A stretch of 64,000 nucleotides of DNA from Magnetococcales bacterium (GCA_015232405.1 JADFZS010000001.1:35322-99321), one strand, 5' to 3'; positions 7,388 through 16,635 are shown, counted from the stretch's first letter. The notes: generated by a model not told the origin, from the letters alone. Made by a program: numbers and translations.

Positions 7388-9613
7388 ATGAGTGGAGAGA
7401 GCAGTTATTCCCCTTTGGGAATTTCGGTTATAATTGCCAACTATAATGCAGGAGAAAAACTGCGTGACTGCCTTGCAAGCCTGTTTGCTTGGGACTATCC
7501 AACTTATGAAGTGATTTTGGTGGATGACGCATCTTCCGATGACTCTGTGGCAATTGCCAGGGAGTTTCCGGTTCGTATAATGGAGATGCAGGGAAATCTA
7601 GGCAGTGGCATCTGTCGCCATAAGGGGATATTAGCATCTAAGTTTGATACGGTATTTGTTATTGATGCCGATACGGTAATGCCGAAGGATGCTCCTTACA
7701 GAATTGACAATGCAATTCAAAAAGAGGGTTTTGATGGAGTAATTGGGGTTGTTGATACAGCGCTTAATCCAGGAATTGTGCAAGATTGGACTGTGCTGGA
7801 GATCTGTTTTTTAGCAGAAAACAGTAGTGATGATCCCCATCAATTTTTTATCTGTCTATGTGGAGCGATAAAAAAAGAGGTCTATCTTGAAAATGGGGGA
7901 ATGTTTCACAGAGATCTCGATGATGTTGAGTTTAGCGGCAGATTATCAGCAAATGTACGATTAAAAACTGATAAGGAGCTAAACTTCTCCCACTATTACT
8001 CTCCATTTTTCAGCTCAATGGAGAAATTTTTCCGCCGTACCTACCACTATATCCAACTTCCCAAACCTCCAAAGTCAGCATGGGTTACAGCAGATAGAAA
8101 ATGGGCTATTTTAGCCTCTTTGCTTACCACTCTAACTACTGTCGTTGCAGGGGTGACAACTGTAGCCGACCTTCCTGAATTTAGTGGACCTTCAGCCGCA
8201 GCAGCTATCTTTTTTCTGTTTTTGTTTTATTGGTTTTCAATACCAGCTCTACTTTTTGCTGCTAAAAAGAGAGGGTTTTGGTTTGCACTTGGTAGCAGTG
8301 TTGTAAAATTTTTTATGTCTCTCTCTATTGCTGTGGGAGGTGTATTGGGTGTGGCTAGAAGTTGGGCAAAAAAAGTTTGGCGGTGGTTTTTACGTAGAAG
8401 CGGTCCATTTAGGATCTACCTACAAGCAAATCTTCCTACTTATATTATTCTCTACATTACATCTCGTTGTAACAGCTACTGTAGCTACTGTTTTCAATAT
8501 GAGATTCTCAACAAACCTGAGAGAATCAAAGATGAGTTGACTTTGGCAGAGTATGAACGATTGGCGAGATCAATGCCAGTACTAGAGCATTTAACCCTTG
8601 GGGGTGGAGAGCCTTTTTTGCGTAAGGATATTGCTGATATTGCAATAGTTTTTCACCAACATACCGGAGTAAGCAATATAAGTATCCCATCCAATGGATT
8701 AAACCCCAACGGTCTTGAAAAACAGGTGACAAAAATTCTTGAGAGCTGCCCTGGGCTCACTCTCAAAGTTGCCCTGTCTGTGGATGGTATCGGTAAAGAG
8801 CATGATCAGTTACGTGGGGTTGCTGGCAACTATGAGAAACTATTGGAGTGTGATCAACGACTAAGCAGGTTGAGGCAGCGTTTTTCAAATCTCTATTATA
8901 TTGTCAACACATGCTACAGCAAAAAAAACCAGGAGAGTGTTTTTAACACTTTGGAGGAAAACGTAAAAAGCTTCTCGAATGATATTCAATCATTAACCCT
9001 GGTGCGCGGGTGTGTCTCTGATGGGGATGAGTCCAAGGATGTGGATATATTCTCTTACAACCAAGTGGTAGATTATATTGCGGATATTCAAAAAATTCAG
9101 CGTAAAAAGCCATTGGCATTCATGGAGCGTATTCACCAAGGTCTACAAGAGGAGTGTCGTAGTTCAATAAGAAGCCAGATAGCTACAGGTAAAGGTAAAT
9201 ATTTGTGCACTGCAGGTAAGACCATGGCAATTGTCGATGATATTGGCAATGTCAACCCTTGTGAGATTCTCTCTTCAAAATTCAGGTTTAACAATCTGCG
9301 AAATTTTGGGATGGATTTAGGTGAACTGCTAAAAGATGATAAGGTAAAAAAGATCATCAACCAAATTCGTGATGAACGCTGTTTTTGCACCTGGGAGTGT
9401 GCACAGCTCAACAGTATCGTTTTTTCAATCACCGGGTGGAAGAATATACTCTCTCGAGTTTTTGCCAGTGACACCCTTCCCGTTGCTGATGGTAGTCAAA
9501 CAGCTTTAAAAGAGTACCATATAGATCGTATACAAAAGGACAAAGGGAGTAAACCAACCATTCCCATTCATCCCATGACCAGCCAGGGTGATTCCAGCAA
9601 CCCATTTCTTTAG
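7388..9613 (+). CDS. Fusion protein: N-terminal family-2 glycosyltransferase, central multi-TM segment, C-terminal radical SAM domain with a SPASM/twitch-like Cys-rich extension
   Basis: GT2 signature ISVIIANYNAGEKLRDCLASL...YEVILVDDASSDDS and the DXD-like VIDADTV. Hydrophobic helices span about aa 235-330. The CX3CX2C cluster CNSYCSYC is at nt 8468-8491, followed by GGGEPFL. Distal cysteines lie in CTAGK...NPCE...CFCTWEC. Confidence 0.8.
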   Translation: MSGESSYSPLGISVIIANYNAGEKLRDCLASLFAWDYPTYEVILVDDASSDDSVAIAREFPVRIMEMQGNLGSGICRHKGILASKFDTVFVIDADTVMPKDAPYRIDNAIQKEGFDGVIGVVDTALNPGIVQDWTVLEICFLAENSSDDPHQFFICLCGAIKKEVYLENGGMFHRDLDDVEFSGRLSANVRLKTDKELNFSHYYSPFFSSMEKFFRRTYHYIQLPKPPKSAWVTADRKWAILASLLTTLTTVVAGVTTVADLPEFSGPSAAAAIFFLFLFYWFSIPALLFAAKKRGFWFALGSSVVKFFMSLSIAVGGVLGVARSWAKKVWRWFLRRSGPFRIYLQANLPTYIILYITSRCNSYCSYCFQYEILNKPERIKDELTLAEYERLARSMPVLEHLTLGGGEPFLRKDIADIAIVFHQHTGVSNISIPSNGLNPNGLEKQVTKILESCPGLTLKVALSVDGIGKEHDQLRGVAGNYEKLLECDQRLSRLRQRFSNLYYIVNTCYSKKNQESVFNTLEENVKSFSNDIQSLTLVRGCVSDGDESKDVDIFSYNQVVDYIADIQKIQRKKPLAFMERIHQGLQEECRSSIRSQIATGKGKYLCTAGKTMAIVDDIGNVNPCEILSSKFRFNNLRNFGMDLGELLKDDKVKKIINQIRDERCFCTWECAQLNSIVFSITGWKNILSRVFASDTLPVADGSQTALKEYHIDRIQKDKGSKPTIPIHPMTSQGDSSNPFL

Positions 9614-9969
9614 CTTGGGATAATAATCTTTTATAGTTAATTCAAGCCAAAGTCGGACAAAAAAATGTTTTTATTATTATGGGTCAAGGGAGATTATCTC
9701 CCTTGTGGGTTTGGGCAAGGCCCAAGGTTCTGCCTTTGTTTTTAAGCCTTTACATTTAAGAGCGTGGGGGGGTGGGGCCTGCAATACCTCCCAAGGTTTT
9801 GCTTGTGAATGTATACTTTTTATTTGAAAACACTATACATCGGTAGCAGGGTATCATTATTTTAAACCCACATAGCAACATTCCCGCTGCTGCGGGAAGC
9901 CTATGTGTATGAAGATGTAAAATTTAAAAAATTTGATATGGTACAAGTTTGTGGGGTTTGTGAGGGATA

Positions 9970-10164
9970 CTACTCTTGCCAAACAGGGTTTACCACTGCG
10001 GTAACACGGAGTTCGTGATTTCCGTTTTGAATAGCGGTGCTAGGAAACTGTCTGACATTGTCGCCAATATGGTAGTTCTCCTGATCATCACTGAAAATAT
10101 ACCAGCTCTTTGATGTTTTTGATGCGTTTTCTCTTGCTTCAACGACAGCTTCGTTATAAGTCAT
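9970..10164 (-). CDS. Hypothetical small protein (64 aa)
   Basis: It is the only ORF in a 1.2-kb non-coding island. A G-rich SD (GCGGGGGGAAAA) lies directly upstream of the ATG. I recognise no family. Confidence 0.3.
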   Translation of the reverse strand: MTYNEAVVEARENASKTSKSWYIFSDDQENYHIGDNVRQFPSTAIQNGNHELRVTAVVNPVWQE

Positions 10165-10240
10165 TTTTCCCCCCGCAGAATTTTACAGATATGCTCATTA
10201 TTAAAAATTTAGATTTATGTTAAAAAAATAAACAGTTAGA

Positions 10241-10327
10241 TCTAATATTCGTTAATATTCTAATCTAATATTCGTTAATAGTCCAATCTAATCTTCATTA
10301 ATATGGTTATTCTAACATCCGTTAATA
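10241..10327. repeat. Four phased 17-bp direct repeats (consensus TCTAATATTCGTTAATA) at 23-24 bp spacing; candidate regulator-binding array
   Basis: Copies lie at 10241-10257, 10264-10280, 10287-10303 and 10311-10327. The first two are identical; the third and fourth each differ at 2 positions. Confidence 0.85.
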
Positions 10328-10800
10328 AATGTTGCCAATGAAGAAACCAAGTCTCTCAACTCAAGGTTGCTACATATTGCATGGAACTTGGGCAGAAGAC
10401 AAGAGAAAAAATATATTTTTTAACTTTTTGGAAAATAAAGAAAATTTAGCGATGTTATTGTTAAGAAAATGAAAATTTTCTTAACCTTGAAACCCCTTGA
10501 CATTTATAAAATGTAATAAAAAAAAAGGCTTGAAAAAATAAAAAAATAACGAAAGCTACTGAAAAGCTGGCAGATTTGTTGGCTCACTATGTTTGGTTTA
10601 TCAAGGGGCAGTTTTTTGTCGCAGCTGTAAAATATCTTAGCTCACTGTTGAAATTATTTACTTATATGTGAAAATAGCAATGTTTCTTGTAATTATGCTC
10701 TTAATAAACAGAGCTGAGTTGCTAATAACATGTTTAGTAGGGTATTGTGCTAACTTTGTTGATGTTCATTAAATATTGGTAAATTATTTGGAGTTTTAAG

Positions 10801-11406
10801 TTGGAAAGTACAAAATCGGCTATCGAGCCGTCCCTCTTGGCACAAATTGAGGCGAGTAGGGATGTAAAACAGCGAATATTGGATGATTCATCCTCTCTTC
10901 AAAGTATACAGTCAGCTTGTGACCTGGCTCTGGCCTGTTATAAAGGGGGGGGGAAGCTTCTGGTGGCTGGTAATGGTGGCTCCGCGGCGGATGCCCAACA
11001 TATAGCAGGTGAGCTGGTTAGCCGTTTTTTCTTTGATCGTCCTTCACTACCAGCAATCGCTCTAACTACTGATAGCTCTATTATGACAGCTATTGGTAAT
11101 GATTATGGCTATGAATATCTCTTCTCCCGGCAGATTGAGGGTAATGGGGTTGAGGGGGATCTTTTTTTGGCAATCACCACATCGGGTAATTCACCAAATA
11201 TTCTTGAAGGTATCAAAGCTGCCAGGAAGAAAAATATGCAGGTAGTTGGTTTAACAGGGGAAAAAGGAGGCAAGATGGTGGATTTGTGTGATGTCTGTAT
11301 CAAAGTGCCATCCACCATTACCCCACGTATACAAGAGGGTCACATCTTGGTTGGTCATCTTTTGTGTGATTATATTGAAAAATCAATGTTTACACCCAGT
11401 GATTGA
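10801..11406 (+). CDS. gmhA: D-sedoheptulose-7-phosphate isomerase (SIS domain)
   Basis: LLVAGNGGSAADAQHIAGELVSRF and ITTSGNSPN motifs, about 200 aa. TTG start with GGAG 7 nt upstream. Confidence 0.9.
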   Translation: MESTKSAIEPSLLAQIEASRDVKQRILDDSSSLQSIQSACDLALACYKGGGKLLVAGNGGSAADAQHIAGELVSRFFFDRPSLPAIALTTDSSIMTAIGNDYGYEYLFSRQIEGNGVEGDLFLAITTSGNSPNILEGIKAARKKNMQVVGLTGEKGGKMVDLCDVCIKVPSTITPRIQEGHILVGHLLCDYIEKSMFTPSD

Positions 11407-11457
11407 TTAACAAAATATTATTACTTTTTACAAAAAACTTAACATAAGGATGAAATA

Positions 11458-12465
11458 ATGAAAAAATCTTTTATAGTCGGCAGTTTCATGGTGCTGTCCC
11501 TGATTTTTTCCGGGTTGGCTAGCGCATCTGCCAGTGTGGAGCAAGGGCCATTTAATTCTGATGAGTTAGAAAAATTTATCACCGATTATTCTGTCATGAC
11601 CAAGTGGCAATCACCCAAGGGTCACTATGTCGGTAATTTAGACAGCCCATGGGTAATGGCTGGTATGCAGTATAACAGCGAGTTTGCCAAAAGTTTGGAA
11701 GATAATGGGTGGGATGCCAACCGCTATTTTTATCTGCTAAACCATGTAAGGCAAGGGGTTGATGATGAGAAGTCCAGACGTAGAGCCAAGCAGTTGGATG
11801 AGGCCATAAACCGTCAGATGGCAGAGATGGCTGCAAGAATGGCTGCTCAACAAAAAAAGTTTGAGGAACAAAAGCAGGAACAAAACAGAAGGGCTGAGGC
11901 TTGGATCAAAGACCAGTTGGAGGCCCAGAAAAAGCAGGTACGCAGCAACCCCTATATGCACCCACTCCAGAAGCAGAGAATTCTGGAATTTTTAGACCGC
12001 TCCTCCAAAGAGGCAAACTGGGTCTCAGCACCACAGGCAAGTTATGAACAGGCCCGCGCCCAGTCCCAAGCCAGACAGAAAGCTTGGGAAGAGTCATATC
12101 GCCAATCGATAAAAAACAACCCACACATTCCTGTGCAACAGAAGATAGCTATTCTAGAAGGGTTGGACAGAGCCAGCAAACCTGTTGAGGTTACTCCACC
12201 AATTGCGATGCCAACCCAAGAGGAGATGATGGCTAGAATGCAAGAGCAGCGCAAGGAGTGGATTGAGATGCAGATAGCTCGGGTACAGAGCAACCCTGGG
12301 TATTCAGAAAAACAGCGTAATAGGATCATCAAGCGTCTACAGAGGTTTGCTAATGAGGTTGTCAAAGGGGCTGACAATAGCTCCTCATTTGGACTACCTG
12401 ATGTGGAAAAAGAGCTTATTGCCAAAAATTATGACCGTCTGGTTAAGTTGTTGAAGGTTAAATAA
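11458..12465 (+). CDS. Secreted coiled-coil protein with three internal repeats, function unknown
   Basis: Sec signal peptide (MKKSFIVGSFMVLSLIFSGLASASA). There are three modules of the form K/Q-rich helix + (S/N)NP + QK..I...L.R. The gene ends 8 nt upstream of the RND adaptor gene. Confidence 0.7.
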   Translation: MKKSFIVGSFMVLSLIFSGLASASASVEQGPFNSDELEKFITDYSVMTKWQSPKGHYVGNLDSPWVMAGMQYNSEFAKSLEDNGWDANRYFYLLNHVRQGVDDEKSRRRAKQLDEAINRQMAEMAARMAAQQKKFEEQKQEQNRRAEAWIKDQLEAQKKQVRSNPYMHPLQKQRILEFLDRSSKEANWVSAPQASYEQARAQSQARQKAWEESYRQSIKNNPHIPVQQKIAILEGLDRASKPVEVTPPIAMPTQEEMMARMQEQRKEWIEMQIARVQSNPGYSEKQRNRIIKRLQRFANEVVKGADNSSSFGLPDVEKELIAKNYDRLVKLLKVK

Positions 12466-12472
12466 CTGGACT

Positions 12473-13516
12473 ATGGTAGCTAAATTATCCTCATTTTTAC
12501 TTATGCTTATGTTGCTCTGGCCCTCTCTTACCCTAGGGGAAGAGATGGCTGGACAACAAAAAGCTATTAAAGTGACGGTAAAACCTCTGCAATCACTTGT
12601 GACCCATCCCCAGGACGATGCAACAGCCACGGTTGTTAGTTTAAACACCACGCAAATATCACCAGAGGTTACAGGCAAGATTAATAAAATTGCTGTTGAT
12701 GTTGGTGATGTAGTAGAGCAGGGGTATCTTGTTGCTAGTTTGGACCCATGGCTTTACCGAGGACAGCTGCAACAGGCCCTTGGAGCCTTAAAAGAGCTTG
12801 AGGTTGCTTTTACCCTGGCTAAAAAAGAGCGGGATAGAGCAACAAGACTACAAAAGAAAGGGCAGTCCACCCAGGCAGTAGTAGATGGTAAAATTGCCCA
12901 GGTGGATAGCTTGGCAGCAAAGTTGGTTGGGCAAAAATCCCGTGTAGCTGAGAGTCGTACCCGTCTTGGTAAAGCTGCGGTTGTCGCACCGTTCACCGGT
13001 CTGATAATCGAGCGAATGGGGCAGAAGGGGGCATGGGTTGGGCCGACAAATCCTATAGCTACTCTGGTTGACCTACAAAATGTGGAGTTGGTAGCCCATG
13101 TGGCTGCTGCACAAATTACCCAGTTACAAATGGCTGAAAAATTGCTTTTTGTCCATCTGCAAAAAAAATATACAGTTACCATTCGTACAGTGTTGGCAGT
13201 AGAGAATGCAGCTACCCAAACCAGGGAGGTACGACTGACATTTGACAAAGCAAAACCACCTCCTGGAGCTGCTGGACGTTTAACATGGCAAGATCCCAGA
13301 TCATACCTGCCCCCATGGGTGTTGGTCAGGCGCGATAATAGTTTGGGTCTGTTTTTATCTGACATGGCTAAGGCCCGCTTTTTACCACTTCCCAACGCAC
13401 GTGAAGGGCTTCCTGCTCTCTTACCGGATATGGTTGAGGGGGTAGATGTTGTCATTGACGGTCGGGAGTCCTTAAAACAGGGCGACTCTCTATCCATTAT
13501 ACCAGGACAGGATTGA
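12473..13516 (+). CDS. RND efflux periplasmic adaptor (membrane fusion protein, HlyD/AcrA family)
   Basis: Signal peptide and a lipoyl/barrel-sandwich motif (ISPEVTGKINKIAVDVGDVVEQGYLVASLDP). It lies immediately upstream of the RND permease. Confidence 0.9.
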   Translation: MVAKLSSFLLMLMLLWPSLTLGEEMAGQQKAIKVTVKPLQSLVTHPQDDATATVVSLNTTQISPEVTGKINKIAVDVGDVVEQGYLVASLDPWLYRGQLQQALGALKELEVAFTLAKKERDRATRLQKKGQSTQAVVDGKIAQVDSLAAKLVGQKSRVAESRTRLGKAAVVAPFTGLIIERMGQKGAWVGPTNPIATLVDLQNVELVAHVAAAQITQLQMAEKLLFVHLQKKYTVTIRTVLAVENAATQTREVRLTFDKAKPPPGAAGRLTWQDPRSYLPPWVLVRRDNSLGLFLSDMAKARFLPLPNAREGLPALLPDMVEGVDVVIDGRESLKQGDSLSIIPGQD

Positions 13517-13539
13517 CCGCAACGGGTTGAGCTATACTT

Positions 13540-16500
13540 ATGATTCGTCGTTTTCTTGAAAATCATGTTTTTGCCAACCTTACCTTTACCCTGATTTTGG
13601 TTGTCGGACTTCTTGCTTATGGTCTTCTGCCCAGACAGCAAGATCCCGACATGAATTTTAACTGGATAAGCATCGTCACGGCTCTGCCGGGAGCTTCAGC
13701 CCAAGATGTGGAGAAACTGGTTACAGATCCCATAGAAGATGCTCTGCAGAAGATTCCTGATGTCAATTTTGTTCTCTCCTCCAGCCAGCAAGGCTCCTCT
13801 GATATATTGATCCGTTTCCAGGAGTTGGATGATCGGACTTTTGATAAAAGGGTCAGTGATTTACGTCGTGAGGTGAGCAATAAAGAGCAGGAACTGCCCG
13901 AAGATGCTCTGGACCCCTTTATTATAGAGATAACAAGTTCCAACGGTTTTCCCACCGCATCTGTGGTGGTGGTGGGAGTAGCCGATGATGAAAACCTACG
14001 TAAACAGGCTCTGCTTGTGCAGAAAGATCTGGAACGTATCAAGGGGGTAGATAGTGCCAACGCTTTGGGACTGCGAGACCCAGAGCTACAGATCCGCTTT
14101 GACCCCTTTCATCTGCAAAAGTTTGGCCTTAACCCCAGTGATCTAGCCGACCTCATCCGTGCTCGTTACCGTGATGTATCCGGTGGTGCGGTGCAGGGGC
14201 CTGATGTTTTGTGGTTGTTGCGTTTACAGGGTTCAACATCTGATCCGGCCCTGCTGGGCAAAATGTTGATACCCACCAAAATTGGTGAGCTACCTCTGGC
14301 ACGACTGGCGACAGTTGTTAAAGGACGAGAAAAACCTCGTAAACTGGTACGTTATGGTGGTAAGCCAGCAGTGATGTTTACCGTGACCAAGCGTCCGGGA
14401 GTCAACACCATCAAACTTGTTGACCGTATCTCTTCCTATATAAAAACCTGGGAGAACCGCAGCCATATTACAGGGGTTGAGTTGATTCTGGCAGATGACC
14501 AGACCCACATGGTGCGTAATGCTCTTGGTACCATGGAGAAAAATGCCTTGGTGGGGCTTGGCTTGGTTCTGTTGACTACCTGGTTCTTTTTAGGTAGTCG
14601 CATTGCCATGTTGATAAGTATCGGTATTCCCTTCACGTTGGCAGGGGTGTTTGGCATTTTACAGAGTTATGATTTCTCTTTGAATGTCATGGTTCTTTTG
14701 GGTGTAGTTATCTCTCTGGGTATGTTGGTAGATGATGCTGTGGTGGTGGTGGAGGCTATCTATGCCCGTATTGCCCAGGGTGTTGAAGCCATGGATGCGG
14801 GATTGCAGGCTTTGGATGAGGTTGCAGCACCTGTTACAACATCAATTCTGACAACAATGGCGGCTTTTCTGCCTCTCATGCTGTTACCCGGTATTATGGG
14901 CAAGTTCATGCGGGTTATACCCATGGTGGTTAGTTTGGCTTTGGCAATTAGCCTTATTGAGGCGTTCTGGATGTTGCCTTCCCATATTGCTGCCTTGAAA
15001 ATTAGCTTTAAAAAACCATCAAAAATGCAGAGATTTCGTAATCGGATGTTGAAAAAGCTGCGCAAGATCTACTGTCGTGCTCTGCTTGTGGTTTTACGAC
15101 GACCAAAAATTTCCATGTCCTTAGCTGTACTACCTTTTTTCATGGCTGTCTTGGCGGTGGGTGGTGGTATGGTAAAAATGAATTTTTTTGCCATGGACCC
15201 AATTCCAATATTCTATGTAAATGTCACAATGCCAATTGGTACTCCACTTGATAAGACCATTGCTATGACCCAAAAGGTGGAGAGAGAGGTATTGAACGGT
15301 ATCAAGGCTGGTGAAGCAAGATCGGTTGTTAGCTATGCCGGGCAGATGATGACAGAGACCAAGCCATTTTTTGGTGATCGTTATGGTCAAATCATGGTCA
15401 GTCTGGTGAGCAAGCTATCCCAAAGACGGCCTGTGGATGAGATCATCGCATCTATTCGGGAGCAGGCAACAACAGTGCCCGGTCCTGAGAATATTGCCTT
15501 TCTGCCCCTCTCAGGTGGACCCCCAGTTACCAAGCCCATAAGTGTAAAGGTGAGGGGTGATAATTTTGAATCTTTGCAAAAGGCAGCAAACAGCATTAAA
15601 AATCACCTTAAAACCATTCCCCATATTCGTGATATCAGTGATGATTTTACCAAAGGTAGTGTAGAGCTTTCTCTAACCCCCAACGATGATGCCATGCGCC
15701 GGGCAGGGGTGCACCCATCCCTACTGCCGCGTATGGTACGTCTGCTGGGTGATGGTGAGGTGGTAGCCAGTTTTCAGCATGAGGGTGAGAAAGTTGATGT
15801 ACGGGTGTTGGCAGAACATCGACAGTTGGATGGTATTGATGATCTGTTGAAAATTCCCGTTACCACAATGGATGGTGGCTCTACACCAATCGAGAGTATA
15901 ACAAACCATGAGATAAAACGGGGACTTTCAACCATACGTCACTACAATTTCAGGCGCACCATCACGGTTGAGGCTGAGTTGGACAAGGAAAAAATTGATA
16001 CGGTCACCGCCAATAATTTGATAAAAAAATATTGGTTGGAGGAGGGGGGTAATTACCCAGGGGTAAATCTTGATTTTTCCGGCATACTGGATGATATCAA
16101 CGAGGCTCTTGACTCCATAGCTGTACTGTTTTTGTTGGGAATTGGTCTTATGTATATGATTTTAGGAACACAATTCCGCAGCTATTTTCAACCTTTGATG
16201 ATCTTGGTAACGGTTCCCATGGCATTTACCGGGGTGGTGTGCGGTCTTCTTTTAACAGGCCACCCCTTGAGCCTCTACACCTTGTATGGAGTTGTGGCAC
16301 TATCAGGAATCGCTGTTAACTCATCCATTGTTTTGATATCAGGGGCCAATGATCGTCGTAACTCCGGCATGAGCGTTCATCACGCCATTATCTATGCAGC
16401 CAGAAGACGGGTTGTACCAATTATAATAACCACAGTCACCACAATTGCCGGCCTCTTTTCTCTGGCGGTGGGTTTTGGCGGGCAATCACTGTTGTGGGGT

Positions 16501-16617
16501 CCGGTGGCAACTGCCATTGTTTGGGGTTTGGCTTTTTCCACCACCCTTACCCTTTTTATGGTTCCTCTGCTCTATCTTGTCTCCATGAGTCGCCGTAAAA
16601 AGCCACTGGCTGATTGA
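13540..16617 (+). CDS. RND efflux permease (AcrB/AcrD/AcrF family, 12 TM)
   Basis: 1025 aa. The N-terminus FLENHVFANLTFTLILVVG, the two large periplasmic loops and the conserved TM4-type VDDAVVVVE motif are all present. Confidence 0.95.
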   Translation: MIRRFLENHVFANLTFTLILVVGLLAYGLLPRQQDPDMNFNWISIVTALPGASAQDVEKLVTDPIEDALQKIPDVNFVLSSSQQGSSDILIRFQELDDRTFDKRVSDLRREVSNKEQELPEDALDPFIIEITSSNGFPTASVVVVGVADDENLRKQALLVQKDLERIKGVDSANALGLRDPELQIRFDPFHLQKFGLNPSDLADLIRARYRDVSGGAVQGPDVLWLLRLQGSTSDPALLGKMLIPTKIGELPLARLATVVKGREKPRKLVRYGGKPAVMFTVTKRPGVNTIKLVDRISSYIKTWENRSHITGVELILADDQTHMVRNALGTMEKNALVGLGLVLLTTWFFLGSRIAMLISIGIPFTLAGVFGILQSYDFSLNVMVLLGVVISLGMLVDDAVVVVEAIYARIAQGVEAMDAGLQALDEVAAPVTTSILTTMAAFLPLMLLPGIMGKFMRVIPMVVSLALAISLIEAFWMLPSHIAALKISFKKPSKMQRFRNRMLKKLRKIYCRALLVVLRRPKISMSLAVLPFFMAVLAVGGGMVKMNFFAMDPIPIFYVNVTMPIGTPLDKTIAMTQKVEREVLNGIKAGEARSVVSYAGQMMTETKPFFGDRYGQIMVSLVSKLSQRRPVDEIIASIREQATTVPGPENIAFLPLSGGPPVTKPISVKVRGDNFESLQKAANSIKNHLKTIPHIRDISDDFTKGSVELSLTPNDDAMRRAGVHPSLLPRMVRLLGDGEVVASFQHEGEKVDVRVLAEHRQLDGIDDLLKIPVTTMDGGSTPIESITNHEIKRGLSTIRHYNFRRTITVEAELDKEKIDTVTANNLIKKYWLEEGGNYPGVNLDFSGILDDINEALDSIAVLFLLGIGLMYMILGTQFRSYFQPLMILVTVPMAFTGVVCGLLLTGHPLSLYTLYGVVALSGIAVNSSIVLISGANDRRNSGMSVHHAIIYAARRRVVPIIITTVTTIAGLFSLAVGFGGQSLLWGPVATAIVWGLAFSTTLTLFMVPLLYLVSMSRRKKPLAD

Positions 16618-16635
16618 CAACCTGGAAAATGGACG

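Noticed and set aside
10241-10327. Possible miniature CRISPR array
   Set aside because: The repeats are only 17 bp and degenerate, and they are separated by 6-7 bp rather than spacer-length unique sequence. No cas genes are in the window. They are better explained as a regulator-binding array.
10567-10585. Sigma-54-like promoter TGGCAG-ATTTG-TTGGC upstream of gmhA
   Set aside because: The GG-to-GC spacing is off by one, and the -12 element reads TTGG rather than TTGC. There is no enhancer-binding protein context, so the evidence is insufficient.
12754-13641. 295-aa minus-strand ORF
   Set aside because: It lies entirely antisense to the well-supported RND adaptor and the start of the permease. 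Its Ser/Arg/Ala/Thr-rich composition is typical of a shadow frame, and no RBS is evident.
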